NCBI GenBank assembly: GCA_963693365.1 | Contig: CAVNZM010000001.1 | Span: forward strand, 15,114,418 to 15,178,417 | Origin: Amoebidium appalachense | Taxonomy: Eukaryota > Protista > Ichthyosporea | Reading direction: 5' to 3' | DNA length: 64,000 nucleotides | Shown here: piece after piece, positions 62,907 to 64,000 of the stretch | Position numbering within the stretch: position 1 is the first letter of the stretch | How the letters are laid out: each line of letters opens with the position of its first letter | The notes under the pieces: model-generated | Database searches by the model: none | The model's input: the letters and a program-made list of their open reading frames with translations, nothing else | Told to the model about the DNA's origin: nothing | Position numbers and translations under genes: made by a program

Positions 62907-62940
<34 letters not shown>

Positions 62941-63360
62941 CTGGGGGAGAGGGAGGGGGGGGAGAGGAGGGAGGGGATAAAAGAGAGAGAAGGGGTGGGG
63001 AGGGGGGGGGGGGGGGGGGGGAGAAGAGGGAGAAAAAGAGAATGAGGGCAGAGGGGGATTAGGAAGTAGGGGTGCTGTAAGGTATGTTTGTTGGGGATTT
63101 CAGGCCCGTGTGAATACTGTATGCAATGGGGAAGGCAGGAGGGAGAGGGAGGGAGGGGAGGGGTTTAACAGGAGAGAAGATGAAAGAAGAATGAGGTGTG
63201 GTTGACACCAATTTGCTGTTGTTGTGGGCGTACGGGGGGGTATCCATGGGTTGTGGGGGATTGGAAGAATACTAGATGGGTAGATGGTGGATGACTGAGG
63301 GACCCTTGTAGGTAGGTTTAAATTACGGGGGTTAAGGAGGGGGGGGGGGGGGGGGGGGGG

Positions 63361-63936
63361 AGCAAGCTCCAAACTCGAACAGCGAATCGTTGTTTAGCAG
63401 ATCCCCCCGTGGTCGAAATTCGGCTACAGCTGGTTGGCATAGGATCGCGGTGCGCTTGGCGATTGGCTATATATCAATAAATATTAAATACCGATACGCA
63501 GAAAGCCAATCACATGTACCTTGCGGAGTACGTAATTCCAGGGGTAACCATTGAGTCGTAGTCTGTCGCAGTTTTTTCGTCATCTGTCGCATAATTTTGC
63601 TGACATCATTGATGCGGGGTTTGGTCAGGATCGCTCTCAAGGAGAAAATTCTAGTTTTTTGAGCCTCCCTTAGTGTAGACCTGTGCTGCACGTGACTGTT
63701 ATTGTGCTGCGGACTTCTAAACTTGAGTATACCAATAGTTACGTTAGTTTAGAAAGTTTTAAAAAAGTTGGTCCAATGGTTAAAACGTTAGAACGTTTTA
63801 CAGGGTTCTTGGTTATTGCCGTTTTGGTGGGCCAGTCGTAAAGCCGCATTTCGGACCAAATATAGATCTACGCGCCTTTTTAGTCTAGTTTTGATCGTTC
63901 GAATTTGCGATTGGCTGTTCGACCTTGGGGTTTGCT
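63361..63936. mobile_element. MITE-like element with 29-bp TIRs inserted in a poly-G tract
   Basis: Left AGCAAGCTCCAAACTCGAACAGCGAATCG vs reverse-complemented right AGCAAACCCCAAGGTCGAACAGCCAATCG (24/29). Poly-G directly abuts both ends. No ORF. Confidence 0.7.
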
Positions 63937-64000
63937 GGGGGGGGGGGGGGGGGGGGAGGTTGGCAATTATGGGTCATGTAAACATGTAAATTGGTAATCT

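Overview
Eukaryotic, intron-rich genomic DNA. Introns and intergenic DNA are saturated with poly-G/poly-C, (CA/TG)n, (GA/TC)n and poly-A/T tracts, so most ORFs in the six-frame track are low-complexity artefacts. The gene set (syntenin-like PDZ protein, Acinus, fungal-type Agd3 homologue) suggests an opisthokont, possibly a unicellular holozoan; this is inference only. Manually spliced content: (1) the 3' five exons of an intact OST-alpha/TMEM184-family gene (+, 1-3851); (2) a 21-kb intron-containing long-MRP/ABCC transporter pseudogene with at least 10 lesions (-, 6805-28088); (3) an intronless syntenin-like tandem-PDZ gene (-, 29731-30615) with an 8-bp-TSD hAT-type non-autonomous element in its promoter; (4) an intronless secreted Cys-rich repeat protein with an acidic tail (+, 36899-38599); (5) a disrupted Agd3-like polysaccharide deacetylase gene (-, about 39350-45570); (6) a 120-aa single-TM ORF with myristoylation and PDZ-ligand motifs (+, 47842-48204); (7) a decayed tyrosine-recombinase element with promoter, gag-like ORF, a splice donor/acceptor pair and YR but no reverse transcriptase (-, about 48570-50915); (8) an intact SAP-less Acinus homologue (-, 52443-60263); (9) 5' exons of an unidentified acidic/basic protein (+, from 61703). 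Most interesting observations: the RT-less gag+YR element, a degenerate repeat family lying almost always sense-oriented inside introns, an inverted 240-bp ABCC intron/exon fragment copied into a (TG)n tract 23 kb away, and 3' splice sites preceded by (CA)n or poly-A instead of a polypyrimidine tract.
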